63,873 nucleotides of DNA from Candidatus Latescibacterota bacterium. Its GTDB lineage: Bacteria > Latescibacterota > UBA2968 > GCA-2709665. How positions within the stretch are numbered: position 1 is the stretch's first letter; the number at the start of each line of letters is the position of its first letter. The notes below the pieces were generated by a model, which did no database searches, was not told the origin of the DNA, and worked only from the letters and a program-made list of their open reading frames with translations. Where the stretch lies: positions 1 through 63,873 of the forward strand of contig CAXXJS010000034.1 in NCBI GenBank assembly GCA_963662665.2. The letters are read 5' to 3'. Positions 48,030 through 58,149 of this stretch are shown piece by piece. The translations under genes and the position numbers were made by a program.

Positions 48030-50873
48030 CTAAAGGTAATGCGAAAGACGCATATATAGATACCTGCCCATGAAATCATAGGTACTGGCATCCGACGTGC
48101 CGAGAAAGCCGTTGAATATCACCGACGGCCGCTGATTGAAGACGTTGTTGATTCCAACGCTCAACACGGATGCCCCCGCGCGAGTACCCAGTCTATACGT
48201 TCCGTATACACCCAGAGTGCTGTTTGGGCTGACCTTGCGGCTCACGGGCGTTTCCGATACGTCCTCGCGGTACAGGCCCTTGCAATCGTCGTCTTCACAT
48301 TCCAGGAACCCACCGACGTACTTCAGATTCAGGCCGAAGGAGACCCTTGGCTGACTCAGTCCCGCCGTTAGCGCATGACGCCATCTGGGGAAGACACCCA
48401 GATCGTAGTAACCCGTGCCCTTGACCAGTTCGAGGCCCCCTGGCGCGGGAACGAGTTGCTCGTATTTGAAAAGCAAATTGCTCTCCGTGCGGGTCGTTAG
48501 CATTCCAAACGGCGTGTCAACCCTGTAATCCAGTTCGATGTCCAGTCCGCTGGTTTCGGTTTCGCCCACGTTGGCGCCTTGAGAAAAGATCGTCGTAATC
48601 AGCTTCGTGTTTGGGTCCCGTACGATCTGATCACAGTAGGATGGGGTTTCCTGCGAATAGCAGTTGCTCAGAAGTAGGCCTGCAGGAAGCGCTCCGATCA
48701 CATCCTCTATTTTATTGGTATAGTAGCTGATGGCAATATCCAGGTTTTCAGCGTATTCAGGCTGGTAAACCAGCCCGGCTGTAATCATCGCGGCGGTTTC
48801 CGGTTCGAGGTCGGTAGAGCCGCCGACTTTGGCCCGCAGTTGCGCGCGCGAGTCCTGGAAATCAGCCGGCACGCCAGCGGCCGCGCAATTTCTCTGTTGC
48901 TCGGCAGTCAGCGACCGGGTGCTGCCCGCTTCGTCGACCACGCTGCAGGGATCGCTTACCAGCGGGAAGGCATCGCTCTGGCCGAGGAACATCTCGGAGA
49001 TGCCGGGCGCGCGAAACGCGTTGGATATCGTGGCCCGGAGCGACAGCCCTCGGGGAAGCTCGCAGCGGGCGCCCGCCTCGTACGTGAAGCCGCTACCGAA
49101 GGAGTCGTAATCGAATGCCCTGCCTGCCGCCGTCAGGTCCAGGCCTGTGGCTTCTGCCCGAAAAAGGGGCACGGAGGCCTCGCCGTAGAGAGCCCTCACC
49201 GAATACGCGCCTTCGGTCGACTCCTGCTTGCTGCCGGTCGTATTTCCCGATTTCGTTACCGGGTCGGGAAGATAGGCGCCCGCCTCCCAGCGGGAAGATA
49301 CGCCCGCGGCCACACCCAGAGGCCCGGCCGGCAGTTCGGCAATCGTTCCGGTCAGGTTCCACTGCAGAATCTTCTGCTTGGTATATCCCGTGGCGATGCC
49401 CGTATACTGGATATAGTCCAGCATATCCTGAGTGATCGTGCCGGCGCCGTGCAGCAGGTCCAGCGGGACGCAGTCGGCGATGGCGGCGCATTCCTCCGCC
49501 GGCCCAAGCGCGTGTGCGAGATTGCTGCGGATGAATCGACCTTCGTTGATATTCGTACCCTCACTGCGGCCGTAAGTATACGACAAATCGGTGTTGAAAC
49601 CCATCAGCGGGTATTCCAGGCCCAGCACGATGCGGTACGTGTTGATATCCTGGATGTAATTGCGGTTCCCTGCCTCCACGAACCGGCGGCGGACGTCGTT
49701 AAACTCGCGGCCGAATACATTATAGACATTCATGGAAGATATGGAGAGGCCTTCACTGATGATGAATAAAGGTGTCGGGGCGAGCTTCTGGTCGGACTGC
49801 CGGTTGGTATACGAGACCTCGAAGAAGCTCTTCGCCTCCGGTGCGAATTCATAGGAGCCGCCGAGAAAGGTGGTGTATCGGGTCTGGGGCGTGTAAAGGT
49901 AATTTTCCGGCTGGTAATTGTACAGGTCTCCGCTGCCGTCGGAAGAGTTGCCCGCCCAGTTGAACGGGCGCCATCCCTTGTCGGGGTCGCGGTGGTAGTC
50001 GCCGTCTCCTTCGCCGGCTGCCGAAACCACGGCCTGCCACGCCTCGTTGCCGGGGTCGCCGGACCGGTCGATGATGTGTCCTTCAGGCGTTGCGGAACTG
50101 CCGCTTGCGGCATAGGTGCCGTCGTTTGATTCCCAGTCGTAGGACTTGTCCTCGGTGCTGAAGGACCGGTCGCCGGTCCATACGGGGCCCTGGTTGTGGT
50201 AGCCGGCCGAAAACAGGACGCTGCCTTTTTCGCTCTTCAGTCCGGCGGTCACGCTGATATCCAGCGTTTCGCCGTCGCCCTCACCCGACGTCCCCTGATA
50301 GAATTCGAACTCAAGTCCCTCGGTCCCGGACCTCGTAATGACATTTACGACACCCCCTATCGCGTCCGAACCGTACACCGCCGACGCGCCGTCCTTGAGC
50401 ACTTCCACCCGTTCGACGGCGGAGGCGGGAATGGCATTGAGGTCCACCGAGGAATTCGCGCCGGTGCCGCCCGGCACGAAGCGGCGGCCGTTGAGCAGAA
50501 CCAGCGTTCGATGAGCGCCCAGCCCGCGGAGGCTGATTCGCGTGGAGCCGTCTCCCCCGTTGTTGGCCTGTGTATTGATGGCATTGGACTGAACGGTAAG
50601 GGTCTGCAGCACGTCTCCGATTGACGCCAGGCCCCGCACCTTGATTTCGTCTCTGGTAAGGACAATTACCGGGGCCGGCGTAAGGAGTTCATCGCCCTTG
50701 ATCCGCGAGCCGGTAACGGTAATGGCGTCCATTTCATAGACGATGACTTCCTCTTCGACCTCTTCAACTTCCTCGGCATTCTCGACCTCTTCGGCCGACG
50801 TCGGGGTAAAGGAGGCTGCACTAATGCACAAGACAGCCAGCACGAGCCGCGAGACCGTGAGTTGGAACTGCAT
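48030..50873 (-). CDS. TonB-dependent receptor
   Basis: Signal peptide, TonB box DAITVTGSR, plug motifs ISLRGLG..RTLVLLNGRR and VERVEVLKDGASAVYGSDAIGGVVNVIT, FRAP, terminal YDFMGRYLYMRLSHYL. Confidence 0.95.
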   Translation of the reverse strand: MQFQLTVSRLVLAVLCISAASFTPTSAEEVENAEEVEEVEEEVIVYEMDAITVTGSRIKGDELLTPAPVIVLTRDEIKVRGLASIGDVLQTLTVQSNAINTQANNGGDGSTRISLRGLGAHRTLVLLNGRRFVPGGTGANSSVDLNAIPASAVERVEVLKDGASAVYGSDAIGGVVNVITRSGTEGLEFEFYQGTSGEGDGETLDISVTAGLKSEKGSVLFSAGYHNQGPVWTGDRSFSTEDKSYDWESNDGTYAASGSSATPEGHIIDRSGDPGNEAWQAVVSAAGEGDGDYHRDPDKGWRPFNWAGNSSDGSGDLYNYQPENYLYTPQTRYTTFLGGSYEFAPEAKSFFEVSYTNRQSDQKLAPTPLFIISEGLSISSMNVYNVFGREFNDVRRRFVEAGNRNYIQDINTYRIVLGLEYPLMGFNTDLSYTYGRSEGTNINEGRFIRSNLAHALGPAEECAAIADCVPLDLLHGAGTITQDMLDYIQYTGIATGYTKQKILQWNLTGTIAELPAGPLGVAAGVSSRWEAGAYLPDPVTKSGNTTGSKQESTEGAYSVRALYGEASVPLFRAEATGLDLTAAGRAFDYDSFGSGFTYEAGARCELPRGLSLRATISNAFRAPGISEMFLGQSDAFPLVSDPCSVVDEAGSTRSLTAEQQRNCAAAGVPADFQDSRAQLRAKVGGSTDLEPETAAMITAGLVYQPEYAENLDIAISYYTNKIEDVIGALPAGLLLSNCYSQETPSYCDQIVRDPNTKLITTIFSQGANVGETETSGLDIELDYRVDTPFGMLTTRTESNLLFKYEQLVPAPGGLELVKGTGYYDLGVFPRWRHALTAGLSQPRVSFGLNLKYVGGFLECEDDDCKGLYREDVSETPVSRKVSPNSTLGVYGTYRLGTRAGASVLSVGINNVFNQRPSVIFNGFLGTSDASTYDFMGRYLYMRLSHYL

Positions 50874-51400
50874 GACGGGAATCTCCTGTAGTTAGCGCCG
50901 GTTTGGATCTACAACCATTGGCGTTCGCTTGTTCAGTTTACGCGAAGGTTTTTCATTCGGCAACCAGCTCTATGGGGGAGGGTGTGCGCGGACACGACAG
51001 GGAAAACGGCCGTGTGTTCAGTGGGGGAGTCAGGGTCGGGTCTCCTTACAACGACGCCCCGTGAGAAGACATCACGTGGTTGTCCCGAAAACGTATTCTA
51101 TAAAATATAACGTCGAAGGAGATCGCGGCAAGGTGTTTGGCCGGTTATATTTCTAATCGTTACATTCCACGGGGTCCACTTCCCGGCACGATAGTAATCG
51201 AGACGCGTCACCCCCACCCGCTGATCAGCCGGGGAGAGACCGTCATAGACGAGCGTGAACGGCTCAGGCGGGACTTTCGGTCATTGCCGGGGTGGGAAGG
51301 GGGGAGGGGAGATTCTGTGCGAAAGATCCCGCTGGACGAAACGGCGGGTACAGAAAAGCGGTAAACGGCTGATCCGAACGACGGCCGGGACACACAAGAC

Positions 51401-51430
51401 AAAGGAGGCCGAAGCGACTCGGCCTCCTTT
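51401..51430 (-). terminator. Terminator after tRNA-fMet
   Basis: AAAGGAGGCCGA-AGCGAC-TCGGCCTCCTTT 12-bp stem. Confidence 0.85.
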
Positions 51431-51439
51431 TCGTTTTCT

Positions 51440-51516
<77 letters not shown>

Positions 51517-51561
51517 ACCATGATGTCACTACACTGAAATCTATCAATTCCGGGTGTTTTG

Positions 51562-52851
51562 TCAAGCGATTTCTTGAGTTTTGTCCTGCTTGTTCCGATC
51601 GGGTTCCTGTTTGACGATCCGGACCGTGGTAATGCGTTGGCCGACCACTTCCTCGACCCAGAGCGTCAGGTTTTCGAACACAAACGTCTCCTCGGGACCC
51701 GGAACGCGCCCCAGGTGGTTGTAAATGAAGCCCCCCAGGGTCTCGTACCCGTCTCGGGGGAGTTCGATATTCAGGATCAGGTTGAGATCGTCTATATCGA
51801 GGCGCGCATCGGCAACCAGCACGTGCCCGTCTTCGTCCCAGCGGAACAGCTGTTCTTCCTCGTCGTATTCGTCGTGAATCTCGCCGACGATCTCCTCAAT
51901 CAGGTCTTCGAGTGTGACCAGACCGGACGTGCCGCCGAATTCGTTGATGACAATCGCCATATGTACCTTGTTGGTCTTGAACTCTCTCATCAACTCCGCG
52001 ATTTTCTTGTTTTCAGGCGCAAAATACGGTTTTCGCATGGCGTTTTCGGGTGTCCACGCCTGTCCCGTGCTTAGAAGCTCGAGCAGATCCTTGGCGTAAA
52101 CCACACCTTCGATATGGTCCACGCGTTCGCGGTAAATGGGAATGCGGGAGTGCCGTTTCTCCTGAATCAGGGCCAGGATTTCCGCCGGTTCGGAGGAGAT
52201 CTCGGCGCACACCATGTCAATACGCGGCACCATCACTTCCTTTACGGTCGTGTCGCCGAATTCGAATATGCCCGCGATCATGTCCCGCTCTTCCTCTTCG
52301 ATGGTCCCTTCCTCGGTCTCGGTTTCCACGATTTGCCGCAGTTCTTCCTCCTTGATGGCCCTGGTATCGGTTTCGCTGACAAAAAGGCTCCGCGTTTTCT
52401 GCAAGAGCAGCGTCGGGGCCAGAAGCAGCACATATAGCGGGTAGTAAACGGCAATCAGGTGGGGCAGCGGGCGGTCGGACCCTTCTTCGCGCCTGTAAAA
52501 CGAGATTGCATTGTCAATCAGCAGCGATATCAACACGAATACGGTGATGCCAAGCAGGTCTCTGAGAAATGGCCAGGCGAAATCGTCCAGCACGGATCGG
52601 GCGAGGAAAGCGAACGCCAGGCCGCCCATCGCGATTGACAGTGATTGGCCGAACGTGACCGTCAGGCCCAGAGCGTATCTTGGTTTGTACATCGAAAGCA
52701 GCAGGTTCGCGCGGGGTACGGCTTCGTCGCGGAGGCGTTCAAGCGTCGCCCGGGATATTGTACTGCCGATTGCGCCCACACGGGCGATCAAAGCGGTGAC
52801 GACCAGAGACCCGCCAACGACCAGTGCTGCCAACCACTCGGAGTCATCCAA
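51562..52851 (-). CDS. Hemolysin/CorC-family (CNNM-CBS-CorC) protein
   Basis: N-terminal TMs, VKEVMVPRIDM, HSRIPIY, VHMAIVINEFGGTSGLVTLEDLIEEIVGEIHDEYD, YETLGGF. Confidence 0.92.
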   Translation of the reverse strand: MDDSEWLAALVVGGSLVVTALIARVGAIGSTISRATLERLRDEAVPRANLLLSMYKPRYALGLTVTFGQSLSIAMGGLAFAFLARSVLDDFAWPFLRDLLGITVFVLISLLIDNAISFYRREEGSDRPLPHLIAVYYPLYVLLLAPTLLLQKTRSLFVSETDTRAIKEEELRQIVETETEEGTIEEEERDMIAGIFEFGDTTVKEVMVPRIDMVCAEISSEPAEILALIQEKRHSRIPIYRERVDHIEGVVYAKDLLELLSTGQAWTPENAMRKPYFAPENKKIAELMREFKTNKVHMAIVINEFGGTSGLVTLEDLIEEIVGEIHDEYDEEEQLFRWDEDGHVLVADARLDIDDLNLILNIELPRDGYETLGGFIYNHLGRVPGPEETFVFENLTLWVEEVVGQRITTVRIVKQEPDRNKQDKTQEIA

Positions 52852-52858
52852 AATGGAT

Positions 52859-53311
52859 TCACGCTCCTTTCACGTGTATGCATTCCCGAAACCGCGCCAG
52901 ATATTCGCGTTCCCTGCAACGCATGGAAGCACTGGACCGGGGAGAGTCGTGGCGGTACCCTAGCAGGTGAAGGGTGCCGTGAATCGCAAGCCACGCTATT
53001 TCGTCCGAAAGGCGCCGGGAAGCTTCGAGGGCCTGTACTTCGGCTCGATCCACGGAAATGTAGATTTCACCCAGATCGTCGCATTCGGGGTGGATCGGAT
53101 CCGCCAGATCGAAGGAAAGAACATCCGTCGGCACAGGTTTTCCCTTAAACTCCCCGTTCAGGCGGGAGAGCGCCGCGTCGTCAGCCAGAACCAGAGTGAG
53201 AGTGCCGGCGGCACGATGATCCTCGAGGACCCTGTCGAGAAGGACGCCGAGGTTCGTCAGGTCGGACGTTACCGTAAGCGGTGTCGCCTGTTCAATGCGG
53301 ATCCGGTTCAA
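52859..53311 (-). CDS. ybeY: rRNA maturation endoribonuclease YbeY
   Basis: PTDVLSF, LGEIYIS, HGTLHLLGYRH; TTG 53311 overlaps the upstream stop. Confidence 0.92.
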   Translation of the reverse strand: MNRIRIEQATPLTVTSDLTNLGVLLDRVLEDHRAAGTLTLVLADDAALSRLNGEFKGKPVPTDVLSFDLADPIHPECDDLGEIYISVDRAEVQALEASRRLSDEIAWLAIHGTLHLLGYRHDSPRSSASMRCREREYLARFRECIHVKGA

Positions 53312-55629
53312 AGGACTTCCTTCCTGCGCCTGGATTGAACCCGTGTCTGTTCGTGCTGCCACGGATAGGCAACGCGGCTGTGCCACGTGGCCTCGAGAAT
53401 GGGTAGAAATGCCTCCTGAATTTGCGTGAGGTCTCTAAGCGTCAGGTCGCATTCGTCCAATTCTCCGGCGGTAAACCTCCCCTTCACGAGCGTTTGAACC
53501 ATGTCACGCGTTTCTTCGGGCGATATGGCGTTGAGGCTGCGAATTGCGGATTCGACCGCGTCGGCCAGGCTGACGATGCCGGCCTCCCTGGTCTGAGGCC
53601 GCGGACCAGGGTACCGGAAATCGGCGTCGAGTACCTCGTGCGGGGCGCTGCGTTCCAGGGCACTTTTTTTGAAACTCGCGATTTCGCTGGTGCCGTGATG
53701 CTGGGATATCATGTCGACAATGACGCGCGGCAGACCTTCCTCTTCGGCCATTCTGACTCCGTCCTTCACGTGGGAGATCAGAATAAGTGCGCTTAGACGA
53801 GGCTGGAGTTCATCGTGCGGATTCACGCCTTTCTGATTCTCGATGAAGTAGTGGGGCCGGATCATCTTGCCGATGTCATGGTAGTAGCAGCCCACTCGAG
53901 CCAGCAGGGCGTTGGCTCCGATAACTTCGGCGGCCGCCTCCGAGAGCCTGGCCATAATGATACTGTGACTGTAAGTACCGGGCGCCCGAATGGCCAGGTT
54001 TCGCAACAGCGGCCGGTTCAGATCCGAGAGTTCCAGCAGTGTATAGGTTGTGACAACGCTGAATGCGCTTTCGAATATGGGGAGCAGGCCGATGGTCAGA
54101 ACCGAAGATGCACAGGCCGTGAAGGTACCCAGCACAAGATCCCACCTGACCTTCTGGAAAAATTCTCCGAAACTGGAATAGCTGAACAACAGGGTGGCCG
54201 TGGCGAGCGTGGAGATAAGATAAGCACCGACGAGAAAGGCGATGGAACGGTAGAAAAAGTCGCTTCGACGGTGGACCGGGCGCACGGAGTACGCTCCTGC
54301 GGCCCCCGTTATCATGTAGATCAGTCCGAAGGATAGGCTTCCCACGATGCTTGCACACAGTGTGGCGCACACGAACGATACGACCAGGCCGACTTCGGTG
54401 TCGAAGAGTACGGTAGCCAGCATCACCGATAGCACAACCGGCACCAACAGGGGCGTGACCGACGACACGGTCGCCGCGTACGAGGCGACGAGGCACGGCA
54501 TGATGACCAGGATGCCAAAGAGGACAAGATTGGCTGTTGACGCGAAGATCGAGGGTCGGGAGACGTGAAGAAACATAAACAGAATGGCAACCAGCAAGGC
54601 GCTGACCGCGGCCTGCGCGCCAACCTGGAGATGGTATAGATAGGGGACCCTGTCGATCGCCCTGTTCATGTGTACAGCCAGAGAACGAAGCTGGTCCATG
54701 TGTTCGGAGGTCACCCGGTCGTGTTTGTCTATGATGCGCTCGCCTCCCAGAACGGAACCCTTATAGGGTGAGACCCTCGCCGCCGCCTCGTCCTTTCGCA
54801 GTTCGGTTTCATCCGCACTGTAGGTGAGATTGGGCGCTAGAAATACCACGACTAGCTCGTAGACGGCCTTTATTTCCGCGGGCGTTCCCTGGGGAAACCG
54901 CGTGTCTATTTCATCCTGCAGGCTCCGTTCATACCACTCCACGCCGCGGATCGGCGCTGCCGAAACGCGGCGCTCCAAATCACCATGGACGAGGAGCACT
55001 TCCTTGATATCTTTACCGAGGACTTCCGAGTCCCGGTTCAATACGCCATCCGTATAACTGGAAACGAGAAGCTCGCGAACCGTCGTGCGAAGCTTTTCGA
55101 ATCCGGTGGGGTAGTTGATCGCCTGATTGATGAGAAAGCGAAGGCTGGTCTGAGATACGGATCCGATTTCCGAATGCGACTGTTGAAGTTGGTAAACCAC
55201 CGAATCCGGGACGGCGAAAACGCTCAACGCATCCAGATCTTCGAAGAATCCGTCCATGGCGCGTCGACGATCGGACGCCACTTCCGCGTTCAGGGTCAGG
55301 ATTGGAAGAACGTCGCTGCGTGCTACCTCCACTTCACGGCCATATTCGGTCTCGTTCTTGAGTACTTTGAAGTTTTCCGGCGCAATAACCTCATAGGGTG
55401 CGATCGTGCCCTCACTGAAGGCACTGTGTTCATAGTTTCTTCTTGCAATCGGGAAGAAATACGTCAACAGGGCAACCAGGGTGAACATCAACCCCGCCCG
55501 CAGCAGAACCCTTATACGCAACCGCAGCTTGCGCCGGGATGGCGCCTCGCCCGCTGCACTGTCGGCGTGGGTTCCTACGAGCCCGGTATGCAATAATATT
55601 CGTCGGAGACTACGTATCATCGCTTGCAT
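53308..55629 (-). CDS. 7TM-HD (HDIG) membrane phosphohydrolase, PgpH-like
   Basis: Extracytoplasmic domain plus about 7 TMs; APGTYSHS, YYHDIGK, YFIENQ, QHHGT, FRYPGPRPQTRE, LADAVESA. Confidence 0.9.
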   Translation of the reverse strand: MQAMIRSLRRILLHTGLVGTHADSAAGEAPSRRKLRLRIRVLLRAGLMFTLVALLTYFFPIARRNYEHSAFSEGTIAPYEVIAPENFKVLKNETEYGREVEVARSDVLPILTLNAEVASDRRRAMDGFFEDLDALSVFAVPDSVVYQLQQSHSEIGSVSQTSLRFLINQAINYPTGFEKLRTTVRELLVSSYTDGVLNRDSEVLGKDIKEVLLVHGDLERRVSAAPIRGVEWYERSLQDEIDTRFPQGTPAEIKAVYELVVVFLAPNLTYSADETELRKDEAAARVSPYKGSVLGGERIIDKHDRVTSEHMDQLRSLAVHMNRAIDRVPYLYHLQVGAQAAVSALLVAILFMFLHVSRPSIFASTANLVLFGILVIMPCLVASYAATVSSVTPLLVPVVLSVMLATVLFDTEVGLVVSFVCATLCASIVGSLSFGLIYMITGAAGAYSVRPVHRRSDFFYRSIAFLVGAYLISTLATATLLFSYSSFGEFFQKVRWDLVLGTFTACASSVLTIGLLPIFESAFSVVTTYTLLELSDLNRPLLRNLAIRAPGTYSHSIIMARLSEAAAEVIGANALLARVGCYYHDIGKMIRPHYFIENQKGVNPHDELQPRLSALILISHVKDGVRMAEEEGLPRVIVDMISQHHGTSEIASFKKSALERSAPHEVLDADFRYPGPRPQTREAGIVSLADAVESAIRSLNAISPEETRDMVQTLVKGRFTAGELDECDLTLRDLTQIQEAFLPILEATWHSRVAYPWQHEQTRVQSRRRKEVL

Positions 55630-56638
55630 CGCCCTTTACGTTTTCCTGATGTCCCTCGTCGTCGTTCAGCCCGGGAGTATCCGTTGCCTGGGTGCGTACT
55701 TCGCTTTCAAAACGGTCGTAGGCAGAGATAATCTTCCGGACCAACGCGTGGCGCACGACGTCCTGTTCGGTGAAATGGACGAACCGGACCGCCTCGATAT
55801 GGGAAAGTATCTGTTGGCCGTGGACCAGCCCTGACACATGGTCGGGCGGCAGGTCGATCTGGGTGACATCGCCATTGACAACGGCCTTGGAGTTGGCCCC
55901 CAGTCGTGTGAGAAACATCTTCATCTGGCTGATGGTCGTGTTCTGAGCCTCATCCAGAATGACAAAGGCGTTGTTGAGCGTACGACCTCGCATGAATGCA
56001 AGCGGTGCGATTTCCAGCGTCCGATTTTCAAGGAGGTGCTGCAACTGCTCACCGGGAATCATGTCTCTCAGTGCATCGTATAGCGGTCGAAGATACGGGT
56101 CGACCTTTTCCTGAATGTCGCCCGGTAGAAAACCCAGATTCTCTCCTGCTTCCACCGCCGGACGGGTCAGAATAATCCTCGAAACCTCCTTGCGCTTCAG
56201 AGCGGCGGCGGCGCAGGCGACAGCCAGGTAGGTCTTGCCGGTCCCGGCTGGGCCGATACCGAAGACAATATCGAAATTCTCGATTCCGTTCACATATTGT
56301 TGCTGTGCCGCCGAACGTGGCCGAATCACGCATTTCTGGGTGACGAGAACGATTTTTTCGGATTCGGACGCCGCGATGCGGGGGGTCTTGCCGTCTGACA
56401 GGTGTGGTCGCTCGGGCGTGTCCCCGCGTCGAAGGCACGAGACCATCTCTTGCAGCAGGCCTGAAACATGCCGGACTTTGTAGGCGGGGCCTGTGATTGT
56501 AATGGTTTCGCCCCGGGCCGTGACGTCAACGCCGTATCGGGCCTCAAGCGCCAGGAGGTTGACGTCGTTGTGGCCATACAGGGTAAGGGGATCGACGCCC
56601 TGGATGGATAGCTGATGAGATAAGGTTGGATTTCTCAA
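55610..56638 (-). CDS. phoH: PhoH-like ATPase (YbeZ)
   Basis: GPAGTGKTYLA, RPAVEAGENLGFLPGD, PLAFMRGRTL, LDEAQN, GDVTQIDLP. Confidence 0.96.
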   Translation of the reverse strand: MRNPTLSHQLSIQGVDPLTLYGHNDVNLLALEARYGVDVTARGETITITGPAYKVRHVSGLLQEMVSCLRRGDTPERPHLSDGKTPRIAASESEKIVLVTQKCVIRPRSAAQQQYVNGIENFDIVFGIGPAGTGKTYLAVACAAAALKRKEVSRIILTRPAVEAGENLGFLPGDIQEKVDPYLRPLYDALRDMIPGEQLQHLLENRTLEIAPLAFMRGRTLNNAFVILDEAQNTTISQMKMFLTRLGANSKAVVNGDVTQIDLPPDHVSGLVHGQQILSHIEAVRFVHFTEQDVVRHALVRKIISAYDRFESEVRTQATDTPGLNDDEGHQENVKGDASDDT

Positions 56639-56661
56639 TAGGTTAAGTCATTTCACCAAAT

Positions 56662-56706
56662 AAAAAAAGCCCTCGTTCCGGCCAGACTCCGGAAACGAGA
56701 GCTTTT
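56662..56706 (-). terminator. Terminator after LysM gene
   Basis: Minus strand AAAAGCTCTCGTTTCCGG...CCGGAACGAGGGCTTTTTT imperfect stem with U-tract. Confidence 0.75.
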
Positions 56707-56793
56707 CAGTAGTCTTATTCGTGGTGTGAGTCGCTTTCCATTTTCTGAGGACGAAAATCTCCGTCGTTCGAAACCGTGGAGTCCGGTGATCGA

Positions 56794-57645
56794 TCAGTTT
56801 TCCGGAACGTCTATAACCTGTGCCGGGAAGATCAGGTTCGGGTCTCTGATCTGAGATTTGTTCGCCCGAAAAATGCGGTGCCATTTCGTCGGGTCGTTGT
56901 AAATCATACCCGCAATGCTCGTAAGGGTATGTCCCTGGAGGACGAGATGCCGCCCTCTGTCTACGCCAAACGGAATCTGAAGGACCCAATCGGGGTAGAT
57001 GAGATCGGGATTCTTGATCTTGTCCCGGTTTTCGAGATAGATGCGGGGCCAGAGGTAGGCGTTGTCGTAAATTTCCTCACTCCTGGCGATCCTCCAGAGG
57101 CTGTCGTTCCGGAGTACCGTGTAGTCTTTGATTTTCTTCGCGGGCATCCGTGCGGCGATTCTCTCGACAAGCTGCGCAATCGACTTCAGCTTCATCTTGG
57201 CTTTCGGAATATGGCGGATGTTGTTCTGTTTGAGTCCCTCGACCTCTTCGGAAATCCCGTCGAAATGATCTCGCTGGTCGAATAAATCGGCGTCGGGAAG
57301 ATTCATAAGGGCTCTCAACTGGCCTTCGATACGATCCAACGTGGCCAGATAGGCGTCGATACAAGCCTGATCCGGACACCCGACAAGGTCCAGGAGTTCC
57401 TGCGTCGTACTCGCAATCTGCGCTTCCACGCCGGCGATCTGCTGGGAGACCCCGTCTCCCGCGTCTTTACACTCCTGAACTTTCTGTTTGATTTCCTGGA
57501 TGTTCTGCTGAACGCTCGCAAGCTGCATTTCGTATTCTTCGTACGTCATTCCGTCTTCCGACTGGGCAAAGGCGGCCAACGGTACCAAAACAATCGCTAG
57601 CGCGGTGCAGACGAGCGAAAACCCGATGTGTCTACGATTCTTCAC
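56794..57645 (-). CDS. Secreted coiled-coil protein with two C-terminal LysM domains
   Basis: Signal peptide (AFA-Q); YTVLRNDSLWRIA...IYPDWVLQIP and HLVLQGHTLTSIA...LIFPAQVIDVP. Confidence 0.9.
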   Translation of the reverse strand: MKNRRHIGFSLVCTALAIVLVPLAAFAQSEDGMTYEEYEMQLASVQQNIQEIKQKVQECKDAGDGVSQQIAGVEAQIASTTQELLDLVGCPDQACIDAYLATLDRIEGQLRALMNLPDADLFDQRDHFDGISEEVEGLKQNNIRHIPKAKMKLKSIAQLVERIAARMPAKKIKDYTVLRNDSLWRIARSEEIYDNAYLWPRIYLENRDKIKNPDLIYPDWVLQIPFGVDRGRHLVLQGHTLTSIAGMIYNDPTKWHRIFRANKSQIRDPNLIFPAQVIDVPEN

Positions 57646-57661
57646 TGGAAACTCCTTTCCA

Positions 57662-57937
57662 TTACGGATTCAGGGCGTTCTGCACGGCGTCCCTATCGGC
57701 GGTCACTCTTTGAAGTTCTTCTTTCTTTTCGGCCAGCGTGCGTTCCAGTTCAGCCCGCTTCTGCCGGCAGGCATCCAGTTCCGCTTCGGCAGCCCGCGCA
57801 TTGTTTCTGGCCTCTTCCAGCATCTGCAGATCTTCATCCGAGGCCATTGCAATACAGCCCGAGAGAAGAGGAAGCAAGAACAGCGCCAGCACGACGCCAA
57901 ATCCCGTGAAACGATCCATCAAATTGCGCTTAGCCAT
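57662..57937 (-). CDS. Small coiled-coil lipoprotein
   Basis: AAGGAG RBS, lipobox LLSG-C, about 60-aa heptad-rich helix. Confidence 0.85.
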   Translation of the reverse strand: MAKRNLMDRFTGFGVVLALFLLPLLSGCIAMASDEDLQMLEEARNNARAAEAELDACRQKRAELERTLAEKKEELQRVTADRDAVQNALNP

Positions 57938-58149
57938 CGATGTCTCCTTGGGGACACGTGTTCATGCGTTGGACTAACGTTGAATTGACAGACAATCTGA
58001 ATCCGACGACTATGTTGACGAATTCTGAAAAACGCGCGAAAACACCGTCTTTCCGAGTTGCAATTAGTGCCTCCAAATTACTACAAGAATGGGCTAAAGT
58101 CAAGAAAAAAATCTGCGTGATCGCTTGTGGGACAGCGTATATACGGGGG

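Noticed and set aside
50874-51400. Cobalamin or other riboswitch in the long TBDR leader
   Set aside because: I could not find a B12-box or other aptamer hallmarks by eye; an Rfam scan would settle it.
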